Source: an uncultured Gammaproteobacteria bacterium (GTDB lineage Bacteria; Pseudomonadota; Gammaproteobacteria; Arenicellales; JAANXG01). From it: a DNA stretch of 64,000 bases. Where the stretch lies: contig CALZGZ010000120.1 of the NCBI GenBank assembly GCA_945787105.1, forward strand, positions 3,159 through 67,158. The letters run 5' to 3'. Positions 54,876 through 64,000 of this stretch are shown here, piece by piece. Positions within the stretch are counted from its first letter, which is position 1, and each line of letters starts with the position of its first letter. The position numbers and the translations under genes were made by a program. Under the pieces are notes generated by a model. That model was not told the origin of the DNA, ran no database searches, and worked only from the letters and a program-made list of their open reading frames with translations.

Positions 54876-55316
54876 TCAGTGACCTAAGCGATTGGCTCTC
54901 TCCCTTGCCGCGCGTGCCTTAACCGGGTCCCCCGCACCCTGGTGGGCATCGGCGATCAACCACCAGTTAGCTGCTTGCAGGCGTCTATCCCGGGACAATG
55001 CATTGGACTTCGCCGCGAGCTGCACCGCTTGATGATAGCGTTGTTGCTGGATGCGGACTTTTGCCAATTCATGCCATAACCAGGCATTGCGAGGCTCGAT
55101 GCGCAACGCCTGCTCCAGGGCGAGCACCGCTTGCGAATACTGTCCGGCAGCCGAAGATTGTGTCGAGTCGCGCATTAGGTTGAGCACTACCGGCTTGGCG
55201 GACGCCGGTGCCGGCTCCGGGGCGGGGCTGGTCGGCGTGCCCACGGTCACGCAGCCCGCCAGCGCCGCGATGATCAACAAGGAAACTTGGTGCGATATGC
55301 AGGCCGGATGTCTCAT
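54876..55316 (-). CDS. TPR-repeat lipoprotein
   Basis: I moved the start to ATG 55316 (MRHPACISHQVSLLIIAALAGC, with a lipobox), which shares 1 nt with the PBP1B stop (TGATG). TPR-like AVLALEQALRIEPRNAWLWHELAKV. Confidence 0.65.
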   Translation of the reverse strand: MRHPACISHQVSLLIIAALAGCVTVGTPTSPAPEPAPASAKPVVLNLMRDSTQSSAAGQYSQAVLALEQALRIEPRNAWLWHELAKVRIQQQRYHQAVQLAAKSNALSRDRRLQAANWWLIADAHQGAGDPVKARAARERANRLGH

Positions 55317-57697
55317 CAGCGGCGGAACAGCCGTTCTAACCAATTACGTAGTTTGCCGCCAACCTTACCGTTGACTTGCGGCGCCGCACAGGGCGCCCGC
55401 TCGGTAGGCGCAGAGCCCACGATGAACGGCAACTCGATCACGTTCTCGCAGTGCTTATCTGCCAGACGGCCGGTGCCCGGGTCCACCGCCACCAATTCTA
55501 CATCCAGCGGCAGCGGGAACTCCTCGCGGTGTAAATCCAGCCGGTGCATGATGTCGGCCCACACCAACATCGCACCGGATGCACCGCTCAACCCAACCGG
55601 CTCGTTGTCGTCGCGACCCAACCATACCACCGTTAGATAGCCGCCCGCGTAGCCCGCAAACCAGCTATCCCGGTAGTCGTCGGTGGTTCCGGTCTTACCC
55701 GATACCCGTATAGCTTCAGGGAACCGTCCGCGCAAGACCCGGGCCGTGCCAGAACGCACCACTTCCTGCAAGCCATAGTTCAACAACGCCATGGGGCCGG
55801 GCTGTATGACCTGCTCGACCGACAATGGATAGCGCGCCAGCGGCTGTTGGTCTTGGGACAAGACCGAGCGGATTGATCGCAACGGGGTACGAAAACCACC
55901 GCTGGCAAAAGTGAGATACATCTGCGCCACCTCTACTGGAGTCAACTCTATGGCGCCCAATAACAAAGACGGAAACGGCTGCAAGCGGCGACTGATACCG
56001 AGTTGCCTCATTTCCGCAATGACTGCGTCGACCCCCACTGCCATACCCAATCGCGCCGTCGACACGTTATAGGATTGCGCCAGCGACTGAATCAATAACA
56101 CTTGGCCATGAAATTGTTCATCATAGTTCTTCGGCGTCCAAACCGGACTACCGGCTTGCTTGACACGCAGCGGGGCGTCCTCCAATAAGGTTGCCAAGGT
56201 ATAACGCTGCGGCTGCTGCAGCGCAGCCAGATAGACCACCGGTTTGATCAACGAACCCACCGGCCGCTGCGCATCCAGTGCCCGATTGAAACCCGCGAAC
56301 CGGGACTTTCGCGCGCCCACCATTGCCGCGACCTCACCGCTGTCACTGCGAATCACCACCGCCGCCGCCTCCAACGTGCCGTCCGGCAGTTTGCGGGCGC
56401 GCTCAATAGCTGTGACACGCCGCCGCACCGCGCTTTCGGTTGCTCGCTGGACATCGGGATCAAGCGTGGTAAATATGCGCAGTCCCTCGGTTCTCAGGTC
56501 TTGTTCCCGGTAATCCTGGCGCAACTGCTGACGCACGAAACCCAGATAGGCGGGATACGCGAGTGCCGACTGCACGCCTTCGCTGGAAACGCCCAGCGGC
56601 GCTATCTTCGCCCGTTGTGCGGTCTTATGATCAATAAATCCCAACTCGTTCATCTTGTCCAGTACCAGATCGCGCCGCTCGCGGCTACGCTCGGGGCGGC
56701 GATAAGGATTATAGTGTGAGGGCCCCCGCACCAGGCTCACCAACAGCGCGATCTCGGGAAGCTTAAGTTCGCGTAACGGGCGTCCGAAATAAAACAAACT
56801 GCCAAGACCAAAACCATGGATCGCACGGCTGCCGACCTGGCCCAAGTAGACTTCGTTTAGATAGGCCTCCAGGATCTCGTTTTTTTCATAATGGATTTCC
56901 AGCAACACCGCCATCAGCATTTCATTCAGTTTGCGCGTGAATGTCCGCTCAGCGGTGAGGTAAAAATTCTTGACCAGTTGTTGGGTGAGCGTGCTGCCTC
57001 CCTGGACGACGCGCCCGGCGCTAAGGTTGGCCCACAACGCACGAGCAAGTCCTCTGGGATCTATTCCAATATGACGGTAAAAATCCCGGTCCTCGACGGT
57101 CAGCAGGGCATGAATCAATTCCGGTGGAACCTGATCGAGTTGCACTAGGGTTCGGTCTTCGTGATCTAGCGAAGACACACTGCCAAATAAACGCGGCTCG
57201 AGACGCAACAGGTCAATGGGTCCACCGTCACCAGTCAAACGATCCACTCTACCGCCGCGAAACTGAACTTCAAACGGCAGCTCCGGCCGGGCACCATCCC
57301 AGAAAACAAACGGCCGCGCCATCACTTGTATGACGTTGTTTCCCATCGCATAGCTTCCCTGCTGCTGGGCGTTCTCAACACGGCGGTATCCCAATTCCTG
57401 CAGCTCTTCGATAAAGCGTTCGCGACTGAGGCGTAGTCCCTGGTACAGCTCTAACGGGCGCGTGTAGACATGAGCCGGGATCGGCCAGCGTTGACCCTCG
57501 AAACGATTGCGGATGGTGATATCGAGGTAAACGATATAGGCAAGACACATCACCGCCAGCGCAATACCAAGACGCGAGATCACATAACCCGCACCCGGCC
57601 GGCGCCGGCGGGAAGCGCTTTTACGGCGTCCTCGACGTCGTTTGGTGGTTTTGCTTGTTCTCTTGCTCGACGCGGTGCGTTTCTTGGCTATGGGCAT
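55316..57697 (-). CDS. mrcB: bifunctional penicillin-binding protein 1B (glycosyltransferase/transpeptidase)
   Basis: 793 aa. N-terminal basic tail plus a TM segment. GT51 blocks EDRDFYRHIGID and GGSTLTQQLVKN. Transpeptidase motifs SLIKP, SYN and KTGT. Confidence 0.9.
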   Translation of the reverse strand: MPIAKKRTASSKRTSKTTKRRRGRRKSASRRRRPGAGYVISRLGIALAVMCLAYIVYLDITIRNRFEGQRWPIPAHVYTRPLELYQGLRLSRERFIEELQELGYRRVENAQQQGSYAMGNNVIQVMARPFVFWDGARPELPFEVQFRGGRVDRLTGDGGPIDLLRLEPRLFGSVSSLDHEDRTLVQLDQVPPELIHALLTVEDRDFYRHIGIDPRGLARALWANLSAGRVVQGGSTLTQQLVKNFYLTAERTFTRKLNEMLMAVLLEIHYEKNEILEAYLNEVYLGQVGSRAIHGFGLGSLFYFGRPLRELKLPEIALLVSLVRGPSHYNPYRRPERSRERRDLVLDKMNELGFIDHKTAQRAKIAPLGVSSEGVQSALAYPAYLGFVRQQLRQDYREQDLRTEGLRIFTTLDPDVQRATESAVRRRVTAIERARKLPDGTLEAAAVVIRSDSGEVAAMVGARKSRFAGFNRALDAQRPVGSLIKPVVYLAALQQPQRYTLATLLEDAPLRVKQAGSPVWTPKNYDEQFHGQVLLIQSLAQSYNVSTARLGMAVGVDAVIAEMRQLGISRRLQPFPSLLLGAIELTPVEVAQMYLTFASGGFRTPLRSIRSVLSQDQQPLARYPLSVEQVIQPGPMALLNYGLQEVVRSGTARVLRGRFPEAIRVSGKTGTTDDYRDSWFAGYAGGYLTVVWLGRDDNEPVGLSGASGAMLVWADIMHRLDLHREEFPLPLDVELVAVDPGTGRLADKHCENVIELPFIVGSAPTERAPCAAPQVNGKVGGKLRNWLERLFRR

Positions 57698-57730
57698 GAG
57701 TCAGTGGGCACAAATTAACTCGCCATCTCG

Positions 57731-58036
57731 CTATGGCCGTAATGCACCACAACTCCAGCATAAATCAAATGTTTCGGGATTCTGCTCGCCACAGTGCGCG
57801 CATGTAAACGATTTCAGTGGCCCTTGGGGCTGCTCAAACCGCTCAACGATCCCACGGGCGCGCTCCACATCATAATCCTCCACCCAAAGTTCGGGGTAGG
57901 TGTGGGTGAACGGTAACTCGCCGACACCACCTTGCGCATTTTCGTTGAATACCTGCGCTGCTATCCCCTCGGTTTCCAGCATATGCAACAGCAAGTACGC
58001 TTCGGGTAGATTGCTGGCTGTGTATAATCGTCGCAT
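57731..58036 (-). CDS. DUF2007-like small protein with C-terminal zinc-ribbon
   Basis: 101 aa. LYTASNLPEAYLLLHMLETEGI... followed by CAHCGEQNPETFDLCWSCG. Confidence 0.55.
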   Translation of the reverse strand: MRRLYTASNLPEAYLLLHMLETEGIAAQVFNENAQGGVGELPFTHTYPELWVEDYDVERARGIVERFEQPQGPLKSFTCAHCGEQNPETFDLCWSCGALRP

Positions 58037-58108
58037 GCGAGCGTATCTTCTGTGATGCGTTAGTTTAACCCAGTCACGGCGGTACTGACTAAATCCAGAG
58101 ACCAGTGC

Positions 58109-58711
58109 ATGAACAATACCATTGAATTCTATTTCGACTTTTCGTCACCTTATGGTTACATCGCCAGCACGCAAATCGATGCATTGGCCAACCGCTTTGA
58201 CCGTACCGTGGTATGGCGACCGTTTCTGGTCGGCGCTTCGTTCAAACTCACGGGCCGCAAGCCCTTGCTCGAAGTGCCATTGGTCAGAGAATACATGGCG
58301 CATGACATTGAACGCTTTGCGCGGTTACTAGAGATACCCTTCACGCTTCCCGATCGATTCCCGATCGCCGCAATCACCGCGAGCCGTGGTTTTTACTGGT
58401 TGGAAGAGCAGGATGCCGAGCTTGCCAGATCCTTCGCAAAACGGGTTTACCACGCATACTTCGCCAAGAATCTGGACATCACCAGCAAGGAAGAACTGGC
58501 GGAATTGGCAACATCGTTACGGGTGGATCGCGATCAATGGATCGCGGCAGTGCAATCACAGTCGATCAAAGACCGGTTCCGCGAGGAGAACGATCGCGCA
58601 TTGGAGCGGGGTATCTTCGGATCGCCATTCATCATCATCGATGACGAGGCATTCTGGGGCGCCGATCGTCTACCGCAGGTCGAACAGTGGCTCTCGCGCG
58701 GTGGATGGTAG
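58109..58711 (+). CDS. 2-hydroxychromene-2-carboxylate isomerase family (DsbA-like) protein
   Basis: 200 aa. IEFYFDFSSPYGY N-terminus and C-terminal GIFGSPFIIIDDEAFWGADRL. Confidence 0.85.
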   Translation: MNNTIEFYFDFSSPYGYIASTQIDALANRFDRTVVWRPFLVGASFKLTGRKPLLEVPLVREYMAHDIERFARLLEIPFTLPDRFPIAAITASRGFYWLEEQDAELARSFAKRVYHAYFAKNLDITSKEELAELATSLRVDRDQWIAAVQSQSIKDRFREENDRALERGIFGSPFIIIDDEAFWGADRLPQVEQWLSRGGW

Positions 58712-58740
58712 TAGTTTTTTGTCGCACTGCGATCGGTTAT

Positions 58741-60015
58741 TCAGTCGGCGCCATAGATATACTTTCTCGACCACGGTAGGCGATTATCGTCGCCACGACT
58801 GAACAGCAGTTGAAACAATTGCAGGTCACCGAGCTTGAATGCGCAGATAGATCCGGTTAGATACAGGCGCCATGCACGGACGAAGCGTTCATCGAACTCC
58901 TCGGATATGCCCACGCGATGCTCTTCGAAACGCTGCAACCAGTGCTCAAGTGTCTTAGCGTAGTGCAGACGCAGGTTTTCAATATCGAGAATCGACAAAT
59001 CATAAGGCTCGAAAATGCTCATCATCTCGCTCAGGGCCGGTGGATACGCACCTGGAAAAATTCTCTTTTCGATCCAACGGTTCATTAGCCGTGGCGCGTT
59101 GCGCCCAATGGAGTGGATCAGCCCGCGGCCGTGGGATTTGAGGCAGCGGTCAATTACGCCGCCGAGGGCCCTATAGTTTCGTCTTCCCACATGTTCCAAC
59201 ATGCCGACGGAAACAAAAACGTCGTATTCACCGGTGATATTGCGATAGTCCTCCTCGATATACTCGACCTTTCCTTGCAAACCGGACAGTTTGGCCTTTT
59301 CGATCGCAAAGCTGACCTGCTCGTGGGAAATGTTGTAGGCCCGCACCGTTACCCCGTAACGCTCCGCCATATAGTGCGCCAAGCCGCCCCAGCCACAGCC
59401 TGCCTCGACAACCGTGTCACCCGGTTTGAGCTGCAACTTCCGGCATACGTGTTCCATCTTTGCTACTTGAGCATCCTCCAGGATCATGGCCGGATCGGGA
59501 AAATAGGCGCAGGTATACTGCATATATTGGTGGTCCAACCACAACCGGTAAAAATCGTTACCCAGGTCATAGTGATGGTGAATGTTGTGCCGCGACGCCT
59601 TCAGGTTATTGGTGCGCGGGGTAGGGGCCAACAGCCTTATTGACAGTCCCAGTGGACCGGTCTCGCCGACCAGCTGTGGCCGGTGGAGGGTGGCCAGTTC
59701 GATCATGCGCAACAGATCACCGTCCACCTCGATAGTGCCGTCACTGTAAGCATCGCCGAAATACAGATCCGGATTGGCCAAGATCCCCCACAAAGCTTGG
59801 GGTTCCTTGATGTGCAGGGTCACCTCGGAGGGCTGTGAGGAACCATGTATCTGTTCGCCACTCCATAGTCTCAAGGTCAGCGGCGGATCGCGCATTGCCT
59901 TTAATAATCTGCGCAACAGCCATTTCTCTATCCCGAAGGCGGGACGTGAATTGGCCGCGAATCGCCTCGAACGAGGCTCAAGATTTAACGGTACCTCTTT
60001 GGTCTTAGTGGTCAT
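58741..60015 (-). CDS. cyclopropane-fatty-acyl-phospholipid synthase family SAM methyltransferase
   Basis: 424 aa. HYDLGNDFYRLWLD, VVEAGCGWGGLAHYMAE and SVGMLEHVG blocks. Confidence 0.85.
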   Translation of the reverse strand: MTTKTKEVPLNLEPRSRRFAANSRPAFGIEKWLLRRLLKAMRDPPLTLRLWSGEQIHGSSQPSEVTLHIKEPQALWGILANPDLYFGDAYSDGTIEVDGDLLRMIELATLHRPQLVGETGPLGLSIRLLAPTPRTNNLKASRHNIHHHYDLGNDFYRLWLDHQYMQYTCAYFPDPAMILEDAQVAKMEHVCRKLQLKPGDTVVEAGCGWGGLAHYMAERYGVTVRAYNISHEQVSFAIEKAKLSGLQGKVEYIEEDYRNITGEYDVFVSVGMLEHVGRRNYRALGGVIDRCLKSHGRGLIHSIGRNAPRLMNRWIEKRIFPGAYPPALSEMMSIFEPYDLSILDIENLRLHYAKTLEHWLQRFEEHRVGISEEFDERFVRAWRLYLTGSICAFKLGDLQLFQLLFSRGDDNRLPWSRKYIYGAD

Positions 60016-60093
60016 CGGTCCGGAATCCTTAGCGCAAATATCCTATAGCGAACTTGCGCCACTGACAACACACATCGGTCAACGCAACGCGCT

Positions 60094-60465
60094 TTATTCG
60101 TTGTCCAGTACTTCCAGCCGTTCCCTGGCACCCAACATCACGCGCCGCCCATCGACGGTTCGCAGGTGTCTACCCTCGATCGAGTGGCGAAAGACCTGAT
60201 AAGTGGCAAGGTTTCCGGTGCCACTGTCGATCACCCGGACCGACACCACTTGCCGCTGTGACTGCCAGTGGAAATAGTAGGCCACGGCGGAGATCAAAAT
60301 GAGTACGCCGGCAAAGCCATAACTGACCAGTCGTCCAAAGCGGTTATCCGCATGGTTGTCTGGTTTCGCGGGCTGCGGCCCAGTCCGGCTCCGAAACCGG
60401 TATAGCGCATACACCCCGGCAACGACGAGTGCAGTAAACAACAGCTTGGTAAGCATAGCGCGCAC
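60094..60465 (-). CDS. hypothetical membrane protein (2 TM)
   Basis: 123-aa ORF with two hydrophobic segments (LLFTALVVAGVYALY; VSYGFAGVLILISAVAYYF). I recognised no family. Confidence 0.45.
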   Translation of the reverse strand: MRAMLTKLLFTALVVAGVYALYRFRSRTGPQPAKPDNHADNRFGRLVSYGFAGVLILISAVAYYFHWQSQRQVVSVRVIDSGTGNLATYQVFRHSIEGRHLRTVDGRRVMLGARERLEVLDNE

Positions 60466-60489
60466 CCTAGCATACTTGCCCGTGGATAC

Positions 60490-61086
60490 TCAGCTGAGCA
60501 GCGCGAAAACTCTTGCCCTGACGGTAAACATGCGGTGGTGAGGCAGGCCCCGCCGCAACGCATCGACACGCGCCAACGTGGCGGCCAGCGCCGTCCATTC
60601 GTCATCGACCGGATCGTATCGCAGCAAACGGCCCGACGGGCCGTCGCCGCCGACTGCGAAGATATAGCCGCCCAAGGGAACCGCGGTGCCCGCGTAACGC
60701 GGCTCCGGCATCGATGCAAGGATTGCCCATTTATCGGTGTTGGGGTCGTACGCCCACGCGGTATTGGTAGCACGCCAATTATCGTCGGCGCCGCTAAATA
60801 CGAAGATTCTTCCGCCGTGGGCCGCCACCATCAAGTGGTGTCGACCCGCGGGTAGCGGCGCCAACCCTTGCCAACTATCGGTGGCGATATCATAGGCCTC
60901 AAACGTGCGCATTCCGCCGAGCCCGCCGGGCACGTAGATCTTTCCCTGCCAGTAGGCCGCGGCCATCTCCGAGCGGGGCGTTGGCATAGCTGCCAGTTCC
61001 TCCCAACCCGCCAACGCGGAACCGAGCATCATCCACAGGACGACGCCAGTGCCGCAAGCTGACCCCATAATCACAAATCTTGGCAT
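60490..61086 (-). CDS. Kelch-repeat protein (short, ~3-4 blades)
   Basis: 198 aa. Signal/TM-like N-terminus. Repeated P.PR...aa....g.i.v.GG pattern (MPTPRSEMAAAYWQGKIYVPGG; LPAGRHHLMVAAHGGRIFVFSG; MPEPRYAGTAVPLGGYIFAVGG). Confidence 0.7.
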   Translation of the reverse strand: MPRFVIMGSACGTGVVLWMMLGSALAGWEELAAMPTPRSEMAAAYWQGKIYVPGGLGGMRTFEAYDIATDSWQGLAPLPAGRHHLMVAAHGGRIFVFSGADDNWRATNTAWAYDPNTDKWAILASMPEPRYAGTAVPLGGYIFAVGGDGPSGRLLRYDPVDDEWTALAATLARVDALRRGLPHHRMFTVRARVFALLS

Positions 61087-61275
61087 CGAATCAGGCCTCG
61101 AATCGGAATGGTCGGGGAACCCTTAATCAATCGATTCCGCAACATAACAGACCACACGATCGATGAACCGTTCCTATGTCTATAGCACTGCGCACGGTCA
61201 TCGATCATGCTGAAGGTGTATCGCAGGTGAGCGAAAGTGGCATCACGCGCAAACGTGAGACACCGATAAAATGAA

Positions 61276-61761
61276 TCATTTCCCCCGGGTATGGTCGACA
61301 CGGTAATCCCAATTCAGATTGCCCTTGGGACGCATGTTGGCGAACACAAATTGGTCGGTGATATCCCGCGCCTGCAGTGGCGGTATCACGATATGGATCT
61401 GTTTGGATTGCTGACCGATAACTTCACATTGAACCGAACCCTCGGTAGCGGCGCAGTCGGAGGCAATGACGGTCAGCGCAAAGCGAGTAAGAGTGCGGTC
61501 GGGCGCGGTATTCTTGACCCGCGCTTTGAGTTCGTAGCTACCACCATAAGCCGGCGTCATCTTAGTATTTATGAGTTGCACCGCCGCCACCGGTATCAAA
61601 TCGGATTTTTCTTCGACGCCGACTTCCGCATACCAAATTAAACCGACAATTGATACCAAGACCACCGCCAAGATCAGCAAGATCGACCAACGCAGTCCAA
61701 GCACAATTACCAGTGTCGCCACGGTGAGAGCCGCAGCGATAATCAACAGCACCCAAGCCAT
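61276..61761 (-). CDS. hypothetical membrane protein
   Basis: 161-aa ORF. Two N-terminal TM segments followed by a beta-rich soluble region. I recognised no family. Confidence 0.5.
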   Translation of the reverse strand: MAWVLLIIAAALTVATLVIVLGLRWSILLILAVVLVSIVGLIWYAEVGVEEKSDLIPVAAVQLINTKMTPAYGGSYELKARVKNTAPDRTLTRFALTVIASDCAATEGSVQCEVIGQQSKQIHIVIPPLQARDITDQFVFANMRPKGNLNWDYRVDHTRGK

Positions 61762-61953
61762 TCTTAGTTTTCTATGCTAATTGTTTTGTGTCGCCTTTTC
61801 CGGCTCATCTATGCTTTTTATATTACAAAGCGCGGCGCTAATTTCAAACAGGCTTCTTTCCCCGGGAGTTTACCCCAGCCCTGGATCAAGACGTGACCGT
61901 GATCTACTATCAGCATAACAGTCCGAGAATCATCTTACCGAAGGTAACACAGC

Positions 61954-63753
61954 TTGGTTACGACCTCTCCTGTTAAATCCAAGGACATCGACGACACCTT
62001 GTCGGTTCGTGGCCTACTCGAAGATCTGGTGGCGGACGCCATGATTTCGCCGGAGGAGGCCAAACGGGTGTACACGAACAGCCGAATGAAAGCCGATTCC
62101 ACCAACCATCCGCTAGTCATCATCGCGACATTGCAGCCGGCGGATGCGCGAAGTCCCGGCAAGATTCTGTTGTTGGAGCATCTCGTGGCCTGGTTGGCAA
62201 AGCGGATCGGCATGCCCTACGAACGTATTGACCCGTTGAAGGTCGACGTGCGCAAGGTCGCGCATTTGATTTCCTACGCGTACGCCGCGAAAAGAAATAT
62301 CCTGCCCATTCAGGTCTCCCGCGATACAGTGGTTATCGCCTGCGCCGACCCCTTCAAAGTCGACTGGAAAGACGAAATCAGTCAATTGCTGCGTAAGAAT
62401 GTGTCGTTGGTACTGTCCAATCCATTGGACATTGTACGCTACCTGGACGAATTTTATGACATCGCCCGATCCATCAAGCGGGCCACACGTGAAGGGGATG
62501 AGTCGGGACGACAGATCATCCAAAATCTGGAACAACTCATCGAGCTCGGCCGCCTGGGTCAACTCGATGCCGAAGATCACCATGTCGTTCACATTGTCGA
62601 CTGGTTGTTGCAATACGCGTTCGAACAACGCGCCAGCGATATCCATTTAGAGCCACGACGTGATCAAGGGGAAATCCGGTTTCGCATCGACGGCGTTTTA
62701 CATTCAGTGTATCAAGTGCCGCCTAATGTGATGAATGCCATTATTGGACGCATCAAGACCTTGGGCAGAATGGACATTGCGGAAAAGCGCCGACCCTTGG
62801 ACGGGCGGTTGAAAACTAAAACGCCGGAAGGCAGCGAGATAGAGTTGCGGTTGTCGACGGTCCCAACCGCTCTTGGCGAAAAGATGGTTCTGCGCATCTT
62901 CGATCCGGCGGTGATGCGGCGTAGCTTCGAGGACCTGGGATTATCCAGCCAAGAGTTGGACATCTGGGGAAGCCTGGTACAGCAGCCGCATGGCATTATT
63001 CTCGTCACCGGTCCCACCGGATCCGGTAAGACCACCAGCTTATATTCCACGCTCAAGCAGCTGGCCACCCCGGATGTCAATGTGTGCACCATTGAAGACC
63101 CCATTGAAATGGTGGAGCCGACTTTCAACCAGATACAAGCTCAGCCCAGTATCGACCTCAATTTTGCAGCCGGTGTGCGTGCGTTACTTCGCCAGGACCC
63201 AGATATCATCATGATTGGTGAGATACGTGATCTACAAACCGCGGAGATGGCCGTTCAGGCCGCACTGACGGGCCACCTGGTATTTTCCACCCTGCATACG
63301 AACGACGCACCTTCCGCGATAACCCGTTTGCTCGAGATCGGCGTGCCGGCATATTTGATCAATGCCACGTTATTGGGAGTGGTAGCACAACGCCTGGTGC
63401 GCACCCTCTGTTCGCACTGTAAAACCGAAATGCCGCTTGCAGAGGACGCTTGGCAGGTGTTGGTCGCCCCCTGGGACTTGTTGCTACCGATACCGGCATA
63501 CGGCCTCAAGGGATGCCTGGAGTGCCGGAATACGGGATATTTCGGCCGCATCGGACTGTTCGAAATCTTGCGCATGACGCCGATGCTGCGAAAGCGGGTG
63601 ATATCGTCCGCGGATATTGCCGCCATCCGCGAACAGGCGCTCAAAGATGGCATGCAGCCATTACGGATCAGCGGAGCGAAAAAGATAAGTGCCGGCGTAA
63701 CCACGCTCACGGAAGTCATGCGGGTGATACCCAAAGAAAAACCGGAAATCTAA
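61954..63753 (+). CDS. GspE/PilB-family secretion/pilus assembly ATPase
   Basis: 599 aa with a TTG start. T2SSE N-terminal-type domain. Walker A GPTGSGKTT; Asp box and Walker B (DPDIIMIGEIRD); tetracysteine CSHC...CLEC. Confidence 0.9.
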   Translation: MVTTSPVKSKDIDDTLSVRGLLEDLVADAMISPEEAKRVYTNSRMKADSTNHPLVIIATLQPADARSPGKILLLEHLVAWLAKRIGMPYERIDPLKVDVRKVAHLISYAYAAKRNILPIQVSRDTVVIACADPFKVDWKDEISQLLRKNVSLVLSNPLDIVRYLDEFYDIARSIKRATREGDESGRQIIQNLEQLIELGRLGQLDAEDHHVVHIVDWLLQYAFEQRASDIHLEPRRDQGEIRFRIDGVLHSVYQVPPNVMNAIIGRIKTLGRMDIAEKRRPLDGRLKTKTPEGSEIELRLSTVPTALGEKMVLRIFDPAVMRRSFEDLGLSSQELDIWGSLVQQPHGIILVTGPTGSGKTTSLYSTLKQLATPDVNVCTIEDPIEMVEPTFNQIQAQPSIDLNFAAGVRALLRQDPDIIMIGEIRDLQTAEMAVQAALTGHLVFSTLHTNDAPSAITRLLEIGVPAYLINATLLGVVAQRLVRTLCSHCKTEMPLAEDAWQVLVAPWDLLLPIPAYGLKGCLECRNTGYFGRIGLFEILRMTPMLRKRVISSADIAAIREQALKDGMQPLRISGAKKISAGVTTLTEVMRVIPKEKPEI

Positions 63754-63755
63754 AT

Positions 63756-64000
63756 CTACGCCTGGCAGCTGCGGTTGAACACCATCTCACGGGCTCGTTG
63801 CTCGATGTCGGCGCCAAACACCCGCCTGAGTACCAATGACAAAGCTATGGATCCGCCGGAAAGCAGCTGATCGTGAAAAGTACGCAGGTTAAAACCTGGG
63901 TTTTCCACGCGACAACGATCACGCGCCGCGTTTATCAAAGACCATCCGGTGGCATAGCCCAGGGGTACCGTCGGAGACCGGCTGTACCAGGTCAAGTCCG
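63756..64000 (-). CDS. DUF885-family protein, C-terminal fragment (N-terminus beyond window end)
   Basis: The frame stays open to base 64000, so the TTG 'start' in the ORF track is an edge artefact. PLGYATGWSLINAARDR...GFNLRTFHDQLLSGGSIALSLV resembles the DUF885 C-terminus. Confidence 0.55.
   Translation of the reverse strand, partial: DLTWYSRSPTVPLGYATGWSLINAARDRCRVENPGFNLRTFHDQLLSGGSIALSLVLRRVFGADIEQRAREMVFNRSCQA

Noticed and set aside
60294-60773. 159-aa ORF overlapping the Kelch gene in another frame
   Set aside because: It shows no Kelch or other motifs and is R/C/P-rich. The Kelch frame shows the repeated blade pattern.
61954-62100. Possible MshEN-type c-di-GMP-binding motif in the N-terminus of the GspE-family ATPase (VRGLLEDLVADAMISPEEAKRV)
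   Set aside because: The RLGxxLLxxGLIxxxxL pattern is out of register by one residue and the conserved Gly is replaced by Ala. This is insufficient to claim c-di-GMP binding by eye.
1-64000. Looked for CRISPR arrays, IS/transposase or integrase genes, and tRNA/rRNA genes
   Set aside because: I saw no spaced direct-repeat arrays, no transposase- or integrase-like translations in any listed ORF, and no cloverleaf- or rRNA-like conserved segments. A tRNAscan or Infernal run would be needed to exclude small RNAs formally.

Overview
GC-rich (roughly 55-60% by eye) proteobacterial chromosome segment, organised like a polar-flagellum gammaproteobacterium. Most of it is one motility supercluster. 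(i) 1-2065: an open-ended TPR + glycosyltransferase gene that is missing from the ORF track. (ii) 2307-13089: flgLKJIHGFEDCB on the minus strand, behind a consensus sigma54 promoter. (iii) 13280-15744: a motA-motB-PilZ operon. (iv) 16050-18739: a FliK-like gene, flgA, flgM and flgN. (v) 18736-21969: an HDOD gene plus a GAF/PAS-GGDEF-EAL gene. (vi) 22155-24086: a small orphan, a second FliK-like gene and a free-standing FlhB C-terminal-like gene. (vii) 25077-33710: a translationally coupled operon preceded by a sigma54-type motif, encoding ATP-grasp, methyltransferase, DegT aminotransferase and a 1778-aa six-module glycosyltransferase; flagellar glycosylation is my inference. (viii) 33847-52302: three MCPs, a cNMP-HDOD protein, an HDOD protein, a Cys-rich two-CW protein with a CheY, and a cheA-cheW-mcp(PAS + hemerythrin-like)-cheB-cheR-cheY-cheX operon. 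Most of these units are preceded by sigma28-type promoter motifs. (ix) 52355-64000: miscellaneous genes, including a Kv-type K+ channel, PBP1B, a Cfa-like methyltransferase, HCCA isomerase, a Kelch protein, an orphan GspE-family ATPase and a DUF885 fragment. I recognised no rRNA, tRNA, CRISPR array, transposase or integrase. All functional calls were made by eye from motifs in the supplied translations or my own translation, with no database search. Several start codons were moved from the ORF-track start to a better-supported internal start, as noted per feature.
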